From: Lepidodermella squamata
Taxonomy: Eukaryota; Animalia; Gastrotricha
Direction: 5' to 3'
DNA length: 64,000 bases
Assembly: GCA_047495785.1 (NCBI GenBank)
Contig: JBLDXI010000007.1
Span: forward strand, 2,294,001 to 2,358,000
Shown here one piece after another: positions 35,888 through 48,850 of this stretch; within the stretch, counting starts at the first letter, position 1; each line of letters opens with the position of its first letter. The notes beneath the pieces were generated by a model, which saw nothing but the letters and a program-made list of their open reading frames with translations, had not been told where the DNA came from and made no database searches. The translations under genes and the position numbers were made by a program.

Positions 35888-38800
35888 ATGAAAAAAACAT
35901 TTCTATTCCTCGTCGCCCTGTTTGCAGTGCACGAGTTGAATGGGCAGGACTATGGTTCTCAGTATGCGGTGAATCAGTTGAATTTGACGAACATCCTAGG
36001 TTACTGGCCGCTTAATTCGCTATTCGGTCTGCGAGATATTTCCAGCAACCGAATTGATGCCGTCTCGCAGCCCACCCCCTCACCGGTGACGCAAGGCCCC
36101 TTCGGACAACCAGGCACAGCTATTGAAACCCATGCTAACAATGCTGGAAACTACCTGAACATAACATCGGATGCTCTAAGTATCGGCTCGTCATCGGTCA
36201 CCTTAGCCGTCTATGTCTACACCTCGAAAAGAGGCCCGATCTTCGAATTCCAAAACGCGACGAACAATTACGCTCTTCTCTGGAGGCTTGTAGCCGACAC
36301 TACAATCATGCAGCCAAATGCGATCTTCGCCGGCCCAGGACAAGGTGCACAAATAATTCAGAACTGCGACATGTCTGGTTGGCGCTTTGTTGCCCAAGTT
36401 TTTGACGCTAGCACTTCGAAAATGACAACAGCATGCGACGACCAAATCAGTTCGCCTCTTACCGTTTCGTCTTTCGATACCTATAAATACCTTTACCTGG
36501 GAGCAAGGTCGGTTCATCCGGCTATTAGACGAGTTCCATGATACCCCAACCTTTCCATTATCAGGAATCTTCCGAGTCCCAATAACGCGTTGTCTGGGCC
36601 TTACAACAACAAATACGCCTGCTTTTCAATTCATAAAACAGCGTTCAATGCAGCGCAACTCGCTCTCCTTCGCAGTCAGTGCCAAATGATAAATCGTAAA
36701 TTACGGTATCAAACATCAATCCCTTGGATGATGAATAATTATTAATTGCAGAAATTACATGTGCGTCTAATTGTCAATATGGAACATGCGTTGGCGATAT
36801 TACCACAACGGGGGGTTACCGTTGCACTTGCCAATCCGGCTGGACAAATTGGGACTGCAGCATTCGTAGGTTCCCTTTCAACTCCTGACGAGTATGATTA
36901 CCTTTCCATCCTCAACTAGCTACGTGTGACCCTGATTGCGGCGTTGGTGGTCGATGCACAGCTCCTAACACCTGCACTTGTTTTAACAGTTGGACTGGTG
37001 CTTCATGCAATTCACGTGAGATATAATTATAATTGACTCTCGTCGTCGAACATTTAATGAAGTGTCAAGTTTGGGTTGAGGTTCGGGGATCTCAAATGTT
37101 AGTTGTCATTGTCTCGAGAACGATAATTATTCAGTCAATTGTGAGTTAATCTTGCAGCAATATCCGCGTTCAACGTAGGAATACACTTGAAGGATTTAAC
37201 TTTTTCTGAAAATGATATTTAATGAAAGCTGGTATATACTAGCGCGGGCGGATAAAATCTCGCACATTTCCTCTTAGTATTTGTTGTGGCCCGAGTTTGA
37301 ATTCTACCCGTACGCGCTCCGGCCGGCCCGTACGCAGACGGGTAACATTTATTCGCTGCTTTAAAACATGCCCGTATGCGACGTTTACTGTAAATTTAAC
37401 AAATTCGAAAGAATAATCGCAAACGGACTACCGAATGGGTACCAGTGCTATTATTCAGAGCCGAATTGAGGTCGCTGGAATCGGGTCGCCGGGCTGGGGT
37501 CATCCTGCAACTAACGCCCTACCCGATGACTATATCAAGCACCGGCCCCAGCCGGCAGTCCGAGTACGGCAAACACTCCTGGTTCCCCTTGTTGAAATTC
37601 GTTGAAATTCGTTGTTAAACTTGTGGTTAACGTCGCATACGGGCACGTTTAGACCGGCCCGAGCGCGGAGTGGTAAAGTGCTGTTACCTGATGGCATAGG
37701 GGTCGAAATTGGGCTCGGGCATCAACAGCATGTCTCAAAACACCATTTGGAAAACCACCGCGAGAAAAAAAGTGAAGAAAATAATATTATATTGGTATTC
37801 ATTTATGCTTTCTGACCTTGGTTCAATAACCTTTCAGAGCAATCCACTGGCCGAGATCATTTGTATGAGTTCATCAATAACCAAGCGAGCCTTCCTAATC
37901 TACTTGGGTACTGGCCGTTAAATGGTTTGTTTCGAAATAGAGACATATCTGGCAATAGGATTGACGCAGCCTATCAACCTACTCCCTGTCCTAATGCAGT
38001 TGGGCCATTTGGTCAACCGGACACTGCCGTGGAGACCGGCAATGCTAGCAATTTCATAAGCATAACTGCGGACGCTCTCGATCTATCTCCGTCGACTCCT
38101 TTTACCGTTTCAGTGTTCGCGAATTTGCCCCAGAGAGGACCTGTTTTCGAGTACGCTAACGAGACGAACGTATTAGCTTCGATATGGCGTGTAAGCCGAG
38201 CTGATCCATACAACTTGCAAATTAACGAATCGATAGGCATCTCTAATTACAATGGCCCCGTAACACAAATCACTACTAATCTCACGGGCTGGCGATTCTA
38301 CGCAATGATCCGCAATCCAAGTGCTTCACAATTGGTAACAATATGCGATGATCAATACAGTATTCCTTTGACGACCCAATATGTGCCCACTTGTCGCAAT
38401 CTATTTCTCGGAATGAGGCGAGTCAAACTTGTCAACCTAAGCTTCCTACTGGCCTACTTATCATTTTTGTACATCTATAGGAACAAGTCCGCAAATGCAT
38501 TAAGTGGAATTTATAACAACAAGTATGCCTGTTTGTCAATTCACACCGCCGTCCTAACCCCGAGCCAGATTTCAACTCTCAAGGATCAGTGCAAATTGAT
38601 TAACCGTAATAAGCAATCCTTTAAACATTTATCTGTATTCCTTCAAGTAAGCATCACGATAGAGATAACGTGCCCAGCTAACTGCCAGGCTGGTACTTGC
38701 GTCGGAGATCTGACCAACGTTGGAGGGTTTCGCTGCACGTGTCAGACTGGTTGGGGAGGCTGGGATTGTACTATCCGTAAAGAATTAATGATTGAGAAAC

Positions 38801-39385
38801 TTTTCGCAGCAATCGTATTTTACAGCTGCATGCAACCCAGGATGCGGCACTGGAGGTAGATGCTTAGCGCCGACTGCACCGAACTGTACCTGTTCCCCAG
38901 GCTGGACAGGGGTGTTGTGCGATACTCGTAAGCGATGCTTAGCCCATTTACAGCCCACAGTTAACACTTCCCACTTTTTAGCTATCTGTCCATCTGGTTG
39001 CCCAAATGGTGGAACGTGTATCAGGCCTAACCGCTGTTCCTGCACAGCATCTTGGATGGCTCCGGATTGTGCTACTCGTACGTTTACTTTTTGCTTATCT
39101 TTGATCAGTGTGGATTTTGATAGCAACTTTCGTTATTAGCGGCCTGTTCGGCGGGTTGCTACCTTCGAGGTACATGTGTTGCGCCAAATCAATGCGTCTG
39201 CAATGCTGGCTGGACTGGAGCTGACTGTTTAACAAGTAATTTATCTGGTTTTATTCTTCAGAACTTTCTCTAATCGTTTTCTTGCTTCAGGAACCCAAAG
39301 TTAGAATACATCAAGCTTTTTTCTACGCTTGCAGATTATCACCTTGAATTTTTCAGCTTGCAGCGACCCGGGTTGCGCCATCTGA
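35888..39385 (+). CDS. Secreted LamG-like + EGF protein, paralogue 3
   Basis: First domain nearly identical to paralogue 2; same exon layout; ends ...CSDPGCAI*. Confidence 0.8.
37281..37728. mobile_element. Intronic GC-rich TIR element with degenerate ends
   Basis: TGTTGTGGCCCGAGTTTGAATTC versus GAAATTGGGCTCGGGCATCAACA; internal inverted TGCCCGTATGCGACG/CGTCGCATACGGGCA; related copy at 400-648. Confidence 0.65.
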
Positions 39386-39796
39386 ATTTCCGATTACGCA
39401 CTATCAAACTACTTATTGCAATGTTTTCTCTAATCAAGTTCTAGGGTCTATAATTCTGTTTTTCAATGGTCGATTGCTGCGCTTTTGTCTCCTTGTTGCA
39501 ACGCCCTAATAAAAACCTTTCACGTTATGCCGATTACTTTTGTCTGAATGATAGGCCGATTGCGTTATCGATTGCTGTACAACAGAGGCCAACTCGAGCA
39601 GTACACATGTCATGAAATTACGGGTGCACAAATAGTGAATCATTTGAAAAATCGCGGCTTCGGCATAACCTGAGAGCCGAATTGCAATTGAAATAAATAA
39701 TTTAACATTTTTCAAATAAAGCCCACTCCGGCTTCCATCGATCGTAACGCATGCGTTATTACAGATTATTTCAGCGACGTTACTATTTTACTTTCA

Positions 39797-40978
39797 ATGC
39801 GAATTTTATCTATTCCGTTTTTGACCGCTATTCTCGGATCTTGCTTCGGGCAAGAATGTGAGTGTAACAGCCCGGATGATCAGGAAATCAACCCACCAAT
39901 TTCAACAATATTTCGCCGCGAAATTCGCGCCAGGTGTCTCTTGTCAACCGAGGCCATGAGCCCGCAAGAGGACGAGCAAGTTGCGACCCAAGTCAAGGTC
40001 TACGTCACAGTCGACCGATTTCAAAATATTGATGATGTGAAAGGAGCCATGAGCATCACAGCTGGGGTGTCAATGCATTACTTTGTGCCCTGTGTTCGTC
40101 AAATCGCTCGGGAATTGAACTATAGCACAGACGGGGTAACGATAATGCTTAATGAAACGCAGTATTGGAAGCCGCAACTTGTCAATCGCAACTCACTTCT
40201 GAGCATGGGAATGACCGAGAAGACTACGAGAATCATGATGCTTCAACCTGAGACTGGAATGTTTGAATATATGATAGTCGGTGATCTGCTAACAAGCTGC
40301 GAACTCGACCTATCCGAATTCCCGTTCGATTCGCAGTCATGCCCGATCACGATTACTTCATTCGTTCTATCGAAATTTCTCGAAATCAGCAACGAAAGTC
40401 AGATTATGCAACTGGGAGGCGCAGTTTTTCCAACGTCGTCGAGTTGGGATTTTAAAGGCTTCGAGACAAAAACGAAACGCGACTTTTTCGGGCCTTACAG
40501 CTATGATGAAGTCACCTTTCACATTAAAATGAAGAGATTGCCTTGGTACTACGTCTCTAGCATTATGTTAATGAACGCGATACTGTCATCGCTGATCAGT
40601 ATAGCCTCACTCATCCCGCCGGATTCTACAAAACGAGCGCAATATGCCGTGACTATACTACTAGCGTTCGTTATGCAACACGACCAAGTTCTGGAAATAA
40701 CCCCACATACGTCGCAAAGTGTCTTCATGACGAATTACATTATGAACGAAATCGTATTGGCGCTTTTTGTTTCGATTTACTCTGTTATTATGGCTGGCGT
40801 TATTGATTTCTTTGGCGATGAGGCTCGTCGGAAAATTCTGGTTTACAAACGTCATGGCCAGCCTAAGTACATTAGTTTTTGCCGATTTATCGATACAGGA
40901 GCTTTTTTCGTGTTCCTAGTGTGGATGCTAGGTCTCCAATCATATGCTATGTATGTCTCGGCCAAAAGTAGTGACTGA
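39797..40978 (+). CDS. Intronless divergent Cys-loop (pentameric) ligand-gated ion channel subunit
   Basis: Signal peptide, WKPQL, Cys loop CELDLSEFPFDSQSC, pre-M1 MKRLPWYYV, four TM segments and IDT before M4. Confidence 0.9.
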   Translation: MRILSIPFLTAILGSCFGQECECNSPDDQEINPPISTIFRREIRARCLLSTEAMSPQEDEQVATQVKVYVTVDRFQNIDDVKGAMSITAGVSMHYFVPCVRQIARELNYSTDGVTIMLNETQYWKPQLVNRNSLLSMGMTEKTTRIMMLQPETGMFEYMIVGDLLTSCELDLSEFPFDSQSCPITITSFVLSKFLEISNESQIMQLGGAVFPTSSSWDFKGFETKTKRDFFGPYSYDEVTFHIKMKRLPWYYVSSIMLMNAILSSLISIASLIPPDSTKRAQYAVTILLAFVMQHDQVLEITPHTSQSVFMTNYIMNEIVLALFVSIYSVIMAGVIDFFGDEARRKILVYKRHGQPKYISFCRFIDTGAFFVFLVWMLGLQSYAMYVSAKSSD

Positions 40979-41020
40979 AACATTTTTCGTTTGCATTTTT
41001 CTCCAAATCACTCCTATAAT

Positions 41021-41183
41021 CAGTGTGCAAAGTAGCATCTGGGAGCTGAGGTGTTTTCTACCTGTTTTCTAGGACCTAGCCGAAGAAACCAAAGGTCCCC
41101 CCTCGTGGATTATTCAGCCTTCCTCTGGTTGGAGTCACGGAGCTGTGGTGTCGCACCCCAGCACCCCAGTACTTCGCACCCTG
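41021..41183. mobile_element. hAT-type MITE
   Basis: 8-bp direct repeat CCTATAAT at 41013-41020 and 41184-41191; imperfect TIR CAG(T/G)GTGC(A/G)AAGTA. Confidence 0.85.
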
Positions 41184-41550
41184 CCTATAATATAACGGTG
41201 AAAATATTGATGATGTGACTCAGTAAGAAAAAAATGTTTCTTGCTAATAATATTTCACCGCATGAAATAGAAACTACAATAAAAACGCATAAATATATCA
41301 ACCTTTCACCGAATCCGAGAAAACGGCAAAGTGGAGTGAAAATATACGCCACAGGAAAAAAACTCGAACTGAATATCGAACTAGAATGCGCTTGATGCTT
41401 AATGCTACCAGAAAATCACACCAGCCCGTTGTTGCGATGCTGAGGTATTTCATAATATATTGAGGTTCATCAATAAATGAATGAGTTGTACGAAAATCAT
41501 GATATCCTTGCCGTTGCGCGCAACTAGTAGAAATCGCGAAAAGGAAAAGC

Positions 41551-41970
41551 ATGCTTGCTTGGATTTTTATTCTTCTCTCAGCTCATGAGGTATTGGGGCA
41601 GGATTTTTGCGTTCAATTCGCCTTAAATAAAGTGGCTATGCCAAATATCGTTGGATCTATGTTGTCTCCACACCATCTTCTTACCCAGTGGTCCAAGGCC
41701 CATTCGGCCAGCCGGGTACAGCTACACCTTTTTTCCTTTGCAATTTCACTATTTTTATTAAAGAAACACGTGTTTATTTTTTCATGATTCTCAGCTTCTT
41801 CATTTTATTCATTTTTTTACTTTTTTCTACCTAAGGATTTACTCGATCTTCGAAGGTTCGCTGTATGCGAATACGAAACCCGAATTGGATGAAAATGGAA
41901 ATGAAAATGAAATTGCAAAGGAAAAAATGTGTATAGAGACACACGCTAACAATTCTGACAACTATTGACA
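41551..41970 (+). pseudogene. Truncated LamG-EGF paralogue interrupted by a MITE
   Basis: MLAWIFILLSAHEVLGQDFCVQFALN..NIVG, then a deletion/frameshift. The QGPFGQPGTA|IETHANN sequence is split by the insertion at 41725-41931. Confidence 0.8.
41725..41931. mobile_element. TA-flanked MITE
   Basis: TA-CACCTTTTTCCTTTGCAATTTCA ... TGAAATTGCAAAGGAAAAAATGTG-TA; removing it restores the codons GCT ATA GAG ACA CAC GCT AAC. Confidence 0.85.
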
Positions 41971-42920
41971 ACTGGAAGGAAGTAAGAGAGTAAAAGAAGA
42001 ATTCATTAATTAAGAGCGCAATTGGATATTGAATAGAACTTTGACCGACGCTAATAACATTTCTCCGTGAAATGATGCTGCATTTTTTTATCTATTTTAG
42101 AAATTATAGCAAAAGAAGTGGGATAGAGTGGGAAGTTATGTTAGGCCTTGCTAGTTTGCGTTCGAGAATCTACGATAGTGGAACTTCCATTGGAATTTCA
42201 AGGTGGATGTTCAGGGCATTGCGTCTGGTGTTGTTTGTAAAATGGGTTTTCGAAGCAGTCGAAAGCGGGTAAATCCTGTCGGTTAATACTGATTTGAAGC
42301 TGAATTCGGAGAAATTAAATTCATTTTCCTGGCAGACAATGGCTTTTCAATTTGAAGAATGAAATATGGGAATTTAGAAATCTTTATAGCCACCCTTTTG
42401 CTCATGAGCTGCTTCCCGATGCTAAGCGAGGTCTCATAGCGATACTGCTCCGAGGCATGTAAATCAATGTATTTGATTTTTTATCATTTTTAATTGTTAT
42501 GTGAAAACAAAATGGCGTGTGGAATGTTGGGTATTTTACCTTTACATGATAAATGGCTCACACCTTGTTATATTATTGATCTAGAGAAAATGCGGGAAAT
42601 TTATTCACCTATCAATTAATTCGGTTTACCGTCGTTGCCATCGGGCCTTGGGCGTTGAAAAAATTATATGCGAATTTATCAACATTATTTTCGATCGTTA
42701 GCAAGTTGGCGATGAAACCAGTCATAAATCACGCTAGCCCATGGGTGCAATGCGTATGCTGCATTGATCCAGACGAACTGCGAGGCGAATTGATAGGCCT
42801 ATTAATCAAGTAATAACATGACGGGGGTCCATCAATAAATAGATGAGCTGGTTTTCCATAAAGTTACACGCAAGACATGCTAATCTCGCAGTTGCGCATT
42901 TTATGAAACCAAGTAAAAAA

Positions 42921-45900
42921 ATGTATTTTTTGTATGTGAACCTCATCGTCCTGCTTGTGGTGCATGAGTTGAATGGGCAGGACTATGGTACCCAGTTCGC
43001 GGCGAATCAATTTTCAAATTTGACAAACCTCGTTGGATACTGGCCGCTTAATTCGATGTTCGGTCTGCGAGATATCTCGCGCAGCCGAATCGATGCCGTC
43101 TCACAGCCGACCTCCTCTCCGGTGACGCAAGGACCCTTCGGACAGCCAGGTACGGCAATTGAAACTCATGCTAACAGCACCGGAAACTACCTAAATCTAA
43201 CGTCGGGTTATCTGAATATTGGTTCTTCATCGGTAACCATAGCTGTTTACGTTTTGACCTCAAAAAGAGGTCCGATATACGAATTCGAGGACGCCACGAT
43301 CAATTACGCTCATCTTTGGAGGCTTGTTTCCGACACCAGTATTATGCAGCCAAATTCCATTTACGTCTCACCCGGACCGGGGTCCGAAATAATTCAGAAC
43401 TGCGACATGTCTGGTTGGCGCTTTGTTGCGCAAGTTTTTGACGCTAGCACTACGAAAATGACAGCAGTGTGCGACGATCAAATCAGTTCGCAACTTACCA
43501 CATCGTCTGTCAGCACTTATAAGACCCTTTACCTCGGAGCGAGGTTGGTATATATCGTAACAGTCAAAAACATTAATACTCTGCCTTGACAGAAATCTCC
43601 CAAATGACGCGCTGTCCGGGCCGTACAACAACAAATACGCTTGCTTTTCCATTCATAAAACAGCGTTCAATGCAGCGCAACTGGGTCTTCTTCGCAGTCA
43701 GTGTCAAATGATAAATCGTGAGTAGCGAATCTTATTTATGTTTCATTTAAAATGTGAAAAAATTGCAGAAATTACATGTCTATCAAGCAAATGTCAACCA
43801 GGGACGTGCGCTGGTGATATTACCACCACAGCGGGCTACCGATGCACTTGTCAAGCTGGCTGGACAAATTGGGACTGCAGCATTCGTAGGCTCACATTGC
43901 ATTCTAGAAGAGTAGGATAACTATGTCAACCCTTTATACCAGCTACCTGTGATCCTGATTGCGGCGTTGGTGGTCGTTGTACTGCCCCTAACACCTGCGC
44001 ATGTTTTACCGGCTGGACTGGCGTTTCATGCAATACACGTGAGACAAGAATTATCGATACTTTCGATCAATCAGTTGCTCTGTCTTCCCAATTCAGGACT
44101 TTCAATCTTAACTGGGGCTTAACTGGGGAAAATAGTGTGACGTATATTATGAGTGATGACAGCCGCAGCTCGGAGGCTCGGAATTTCCTTTGGGCTCAGC
44201 AAGGCTACAGCGATCTTACTCAATAATAATTCAAGGCTCGAACATGAGTTTTCGATCCATAAATCAAGAATTAATATTACCAAAAGTAAACCAAAATCGC
44301 GGATTTTTACATATAATATTAAAGAGCCAAGTTAGCATTTGTACCTCAAGCACGATATTCTGTACCATCGATCGGTACATCTTAGGTACATCTCAATGAA
44401 ATGTATTCATTTTAAGTTGGGATGCTTGGCGAAAACAGCTTCATTTTAAGGCCTGGGCTGGTTTTTTTGCCTGTTAAGACACCTTCAGTATTTTGACACT
44501 TTTGTTACCGTTATTTCTCAGAACGAGCATAACCCTCAATTTAAAATGTATAGTGGCAATAATGTCCGATTGGTAGCAAGAAAACTCGAATTAGTAATAG
44601 TGCGTTCACAAACTACTTCGGAGAGGCGTCCGAAGTTTTCGGCCACCGAAGTTTCGTAATCGCTGCCCGAAGTTTAGATTTTCGTTCACAAACGCGCGCA
44701 TTTCGGCCAGCGCGGCCGAAGTTTTAACAATAGGCGGTGCGCGCGCACAGAACAAAGGACGCGCACAAACTTCGGTTCGGAGAGCCCCAAAACTGCTCTC
44801 CGAAGTGCCTCCGAACCGAAGTTTGAGCGCGTCCGAAGTTATTACGCACGCACGCAAACACGCGCGCGCGCACACAGCCACTTGACCACACTGTACCAGG
44901 CGCCTCAAATTTGTCTTTCCGGTGATATTTGCATTGACAATGCGATCCGTTTCATTAGCCATTAAAAATTACATAGCAATAGTGATAAGCATTTAGATAC
45001 TGAGAAATTAATATTGCAAAAATGTCCGGTTTCTATGACGAATTTTTAAATCTAGAAATAGCGCGGCTCGTATGGAAAAAGTGGCTTTGATGAGAATGCG
45101 CGAGAATATTTAACAAATATTTTTTTATAGCGAATCTGGTGAACTGAGCGCTGAAATGTAGCTTCTTTTTATCCTCATCGGAGAATTAAGGTAAAATGGA
45201 AAAAAATTGCATTGACCCTGAGTACCCGCGCGCGGTGTGTGAGCGAGCGGCCAAACTTCGGCCGCGAACAATAGAAACTTCGGTCGTCACGCTGCGCGCG
45301 CGCGTAGAAAATGCCACTGATAAGGCCGCCGATTTTTGCTATTTCTCTCCGAAGTTTCTACTTCGCTCTCCGAAGCGGTCGGTCTCCGAAGTAGTTTGTG
45401 AACGCACTATAAGCCTCGTTTTGGTGACGACGAGACCGATTTAGTGGCAAGAAACAATATTTTGGTGGCAATTTTTGGATTTTCATATTAGGTGGTAGTA
45501 AACCCGAAATTTTGTGGCTGAAAGCATTTCTGGCTATTAGCTTTTTTCAGCTTTTTTATGCATTCTGACCTTGGTTGAATAAATTTTCAGAGCAATCCAG
45601 TGGTAGAGATAATTTGCAGCAGTTCACCAGTAACCAAGCAAGCTTGCCCAGTCTCCTGGGATATTGGCCGTTAAACAGTCTATTTCGGAATCGAGACATA
45701 TCGGGTAATGGGTTGGATGCAACCTTTCAACCGACTCCTTGTCCTAATACAACCGGACCATTTGGGCAACCGAACACTGCCGTGCAGACCGGCAGTGCCG
45801 GCAACTATATAGACATAACTGCGGACGCTCTCAATCTCACAGCGTCATCTTTCACCATTTCGTTGTTCGCGATTCTGCCCCGGATAGGACCTGTTTTTGA

Positions 45901-47138
45901 GTTCGGGGATGGAACGACAGGATTTGCGGCCTTGTGGCGCTTTAGCATGACTGACGTACTAACAAATGACTTGTACGGGTACGCGACCTATGGTAACCCG
46001 GCTGCTTATATGCCGACTAACCTGACTGGGTGGCATTTCTATGCTATGATTTGGAACGCTAGTAGTTTGCAGTTGACTATCGTTTGTGATGATCAATACA
46101 GCGTGCCTGCTTGGCCAACAGCAGTGGTCACTTATCGTACGCTGTTTCTCGGTGCCAGGCAAGTTCAGAACTAGATTTGATATTTATATGTTTGACCGAT
46201 TGAGGGATATGATATTATTAACCTTTAATATTGCGCATTTTGTTCTCAGACGGGTTCTCTCTGATCCGAACAGTGGGACGTATAACAACACGTACGCTTG
46301 TTTGTCCATTCACAAAGCCGCCCTGTCTTCGAGCCAAATTTCGAAGCTTAAGGACCAGTGCAAATTGATAAACCGTAAACAAGTCCGACCTTTCTATATA
46401 TGTCTTCACATTATCGCCTCGCCAGATATAACCTGTGCTGCCAACTGCCAGGCTGATACTTGCGTAGGAGATATGAACAACGTTGGAGGGTTTCGCTGCA
46501 CGTGTCAGCCTGGTTGGAGAGGCTGGGATTGTACTATCCGTAAATAATTCCCAAATTTAACCTTAAGCACCTCATTGCAGCTTGGCGTGCTTTACAGCTG
46601 TCTGCAATCCACAATGCGGCACTGGAGGTAGATGCTTGGCGCCGAATGCTTGCACATGTGCTCCAGGCTGGGCTGGGGTGTTGTGCGATACTCGTATGTG
46701 ATACTCATAGACCCTTTGCAAATCACCTTTGACTATTCCTACTATTCAGCCATTTGCCCATCTGGTTGTCCAAATGGAGGAACTTGCATCAGACCTAACC
46801 GATGTTCCTGCACAGCATCTTGGATGGCTCCAGATTGTACCATACGTACGTTTTCTACTCACTTATCACTTTCCATCAAGCAACTTTCCATATAAATATT
46901 AGCGACCTGTCCGACGGGTTGTTACCTTCGAGGTACATGCGTTGCGCCGAATCAATGCGTCTGCAATGCTGGCTGGACGGGAGCTGATTGCGCGACAAGT
47001 AAATTATCTGTTTTCCTTGCTTCAAAATTTCCTCATTTTTTTTACGTCAGGAACCCAGTGTAAGTTTGAGAATTTGCTCGCTTGCAGTTAATCATGATTA
47101 AATTATTAGCTTGCACCGCCCCTGGTTGTACTGCGTGA
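42921..47138 (+). CDS. Secreted LamG-like + EGF protein, paralogue 4
   Basis: Signal peptide MYFLYVNLIVLLVVHELNG; same exon layout; the central intron is enlarged by a MITE; ends ...CTAPGCTA*. Confidence 0.8.
44598..45409. mobile_element. PIF/Harbinger-type MITE in the paralogue 4 intron
   Basis: Perfect 27-bp TIR TAGTGCGTTCACAAACTACTTCGGAGA, TAA duplication at 44595-44597 and 45410-45412, many CCGAAG subterminal motifs. Confidence 0.92.
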
Positions 47139-48329
47139 TTTTTCGATCACGCGAAAATCTGCTAAATACCAGACGTTTAATGTTTTCCTTTATCTTATGC
47201 TTTTTAAAATCGATTGTTTCCGCCTATAATTTTATTCGAAGCGAATATTTCTTCTTTTCTTCGGCCATGTATTATAGCAACGTACGAAAGATGGGGTCAC
47301 GTCTCGCATACATCTATATATGTAAATTTAATAATTTTTCATCATCTGTCTATCAAACGTTAGTATTTTGCTGAATAAATCGAAGTGCGAAAAGCGCAGC
47401 TTGTTTTCGACAAACGTTGTCATGGTTGATCTAATACTGCACAACAGCAAAATACACATCGCGAGGTGTACGCCGCAGCTACAATGTGTCCAAGAAATTT
47501 AGGTGAAAGTTATTCAAGTACACGCCGTTCCGCCATTTCATGGAATTTTTTCAGGTGGGTTCATTCCTTAGAGAGAGGAAATTGGCCAGATTTTTGTGAA
47601 CAATGGCCCGTTTCCATGCCTGAGCTGAAATTAGTTGTCAACACCGCACAATAGTCATAGTCAACACCGAGAAAGAGTCATTGTTAACTCATTGACTGCC
47701 AAGGCCCCGATACATCGGTTTCTCCCAGGAGAAACACTAATACCTCCACTAATATTTGAAATGTGCTGGTCCACTGTGTAAACAACGGGCGCGCATGCAT
47801 GCGCGGGGTAACAATGTAAACAGTAAACACGCAATGTGCGCTGCAGTCACGTGACGGCGTTCGCTTTGTAAAAATGAGAAATCAATCAGAGAGAAATAAT
47901 TCGAATTATCACGCCTTTTATGGCGAGAATGGTGCCTGGAATTTTCAATATAATATTTTGAGGATTCTAATTTCGGATTTTTTATTATGGCACTAACTAT
48001 TCACTATGATTTAGAAAGAGTTTTCTGCCAGTTTTGCTTTGCCGCTGTCATGTTCTCATTTTTGAAGACCGCTTCAAAGTAATAATTTTATCTGTAGACG
48101 ATGTAAAAAAACTCAGCTTACTTCAGCATGAAAGCATTTTACTTCGACAATTTCAGAGCGAAGAGCGATAGCTGATGATTTATTTCGATGAATTATTTCT
48201 AAATTGTGTTTCTTTGCTTTATTCCGAATGCAACCCGCAAATAATTTCCAAATGCTACAACAAATACAATATAAACCATAAAAACAGACAAAAATAAAGC
48301 AAGACAGAGTAGATGAACTGCTCAGAAAA

Positions 48330-48800
48330 TGACGCCTCAGAAGTCCGTGAAGAGGCGAATCCGGAGACAGGCCTTGCGAGTTCTCGGCTAGAAACATGAA
48401 AAGAGGAAGCGGCGGCGGTGCGGCGATGACGGCCGGTTCAAAAGCTGATAGCTCAACCGGAGTAATGGCAGGATAGAAGGACGTGGTCGAGAATAAACAC
48501 GACGTCGGCCTGCGGTATGGGCAACAACGCCACCAACAGCGAATAGGCAGCGCTCAGCAGCGCAGTTGTTGGGAATGAGCTTTCGAGCGGCGCAAAAAAT
48601 GACGCCGTAGGCGAGGGCGATCACAGCCAAGGTCGTGACAAAACCACCAGGCAATGTAGCAACAATTCCGACGAAATCGCCGCTCATTTTTCGGCAGCGA
48701 CCGTCGATGCTGTTGGCAATTTTATCGCGCCGATGTAGTCGCGCAGAACAAGTCGTTGTAGTAATTTTCGTTGTATTCGTCGATGATCATGACATTTCGA
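48330..48800 (-). pseudogene. Frameshifted paralogue of the membrane/AT-hook cargo gene at 51882-52514
   Basis: STNTTKITTTTCSA ~ STTTTTTTTTAWSA; DFVGIVATLPGGFVTTLAVIAL ~ DFGNVLMALAAGFGAALSMLAL; PNNCAAERCLFAVGGVVA ~ PGNGTAEQGLIAVGAVVA; after a frameshift, AVIAAPPPLPLFMFLA ~ AIVAPPPPVFVFRA. Confidence 0.75.
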
Positions 48801-48850
48801 GCAGTACTGCAAATCTGGCAGTAACCGGGCGTTCGGAATCAATAGTTGAT

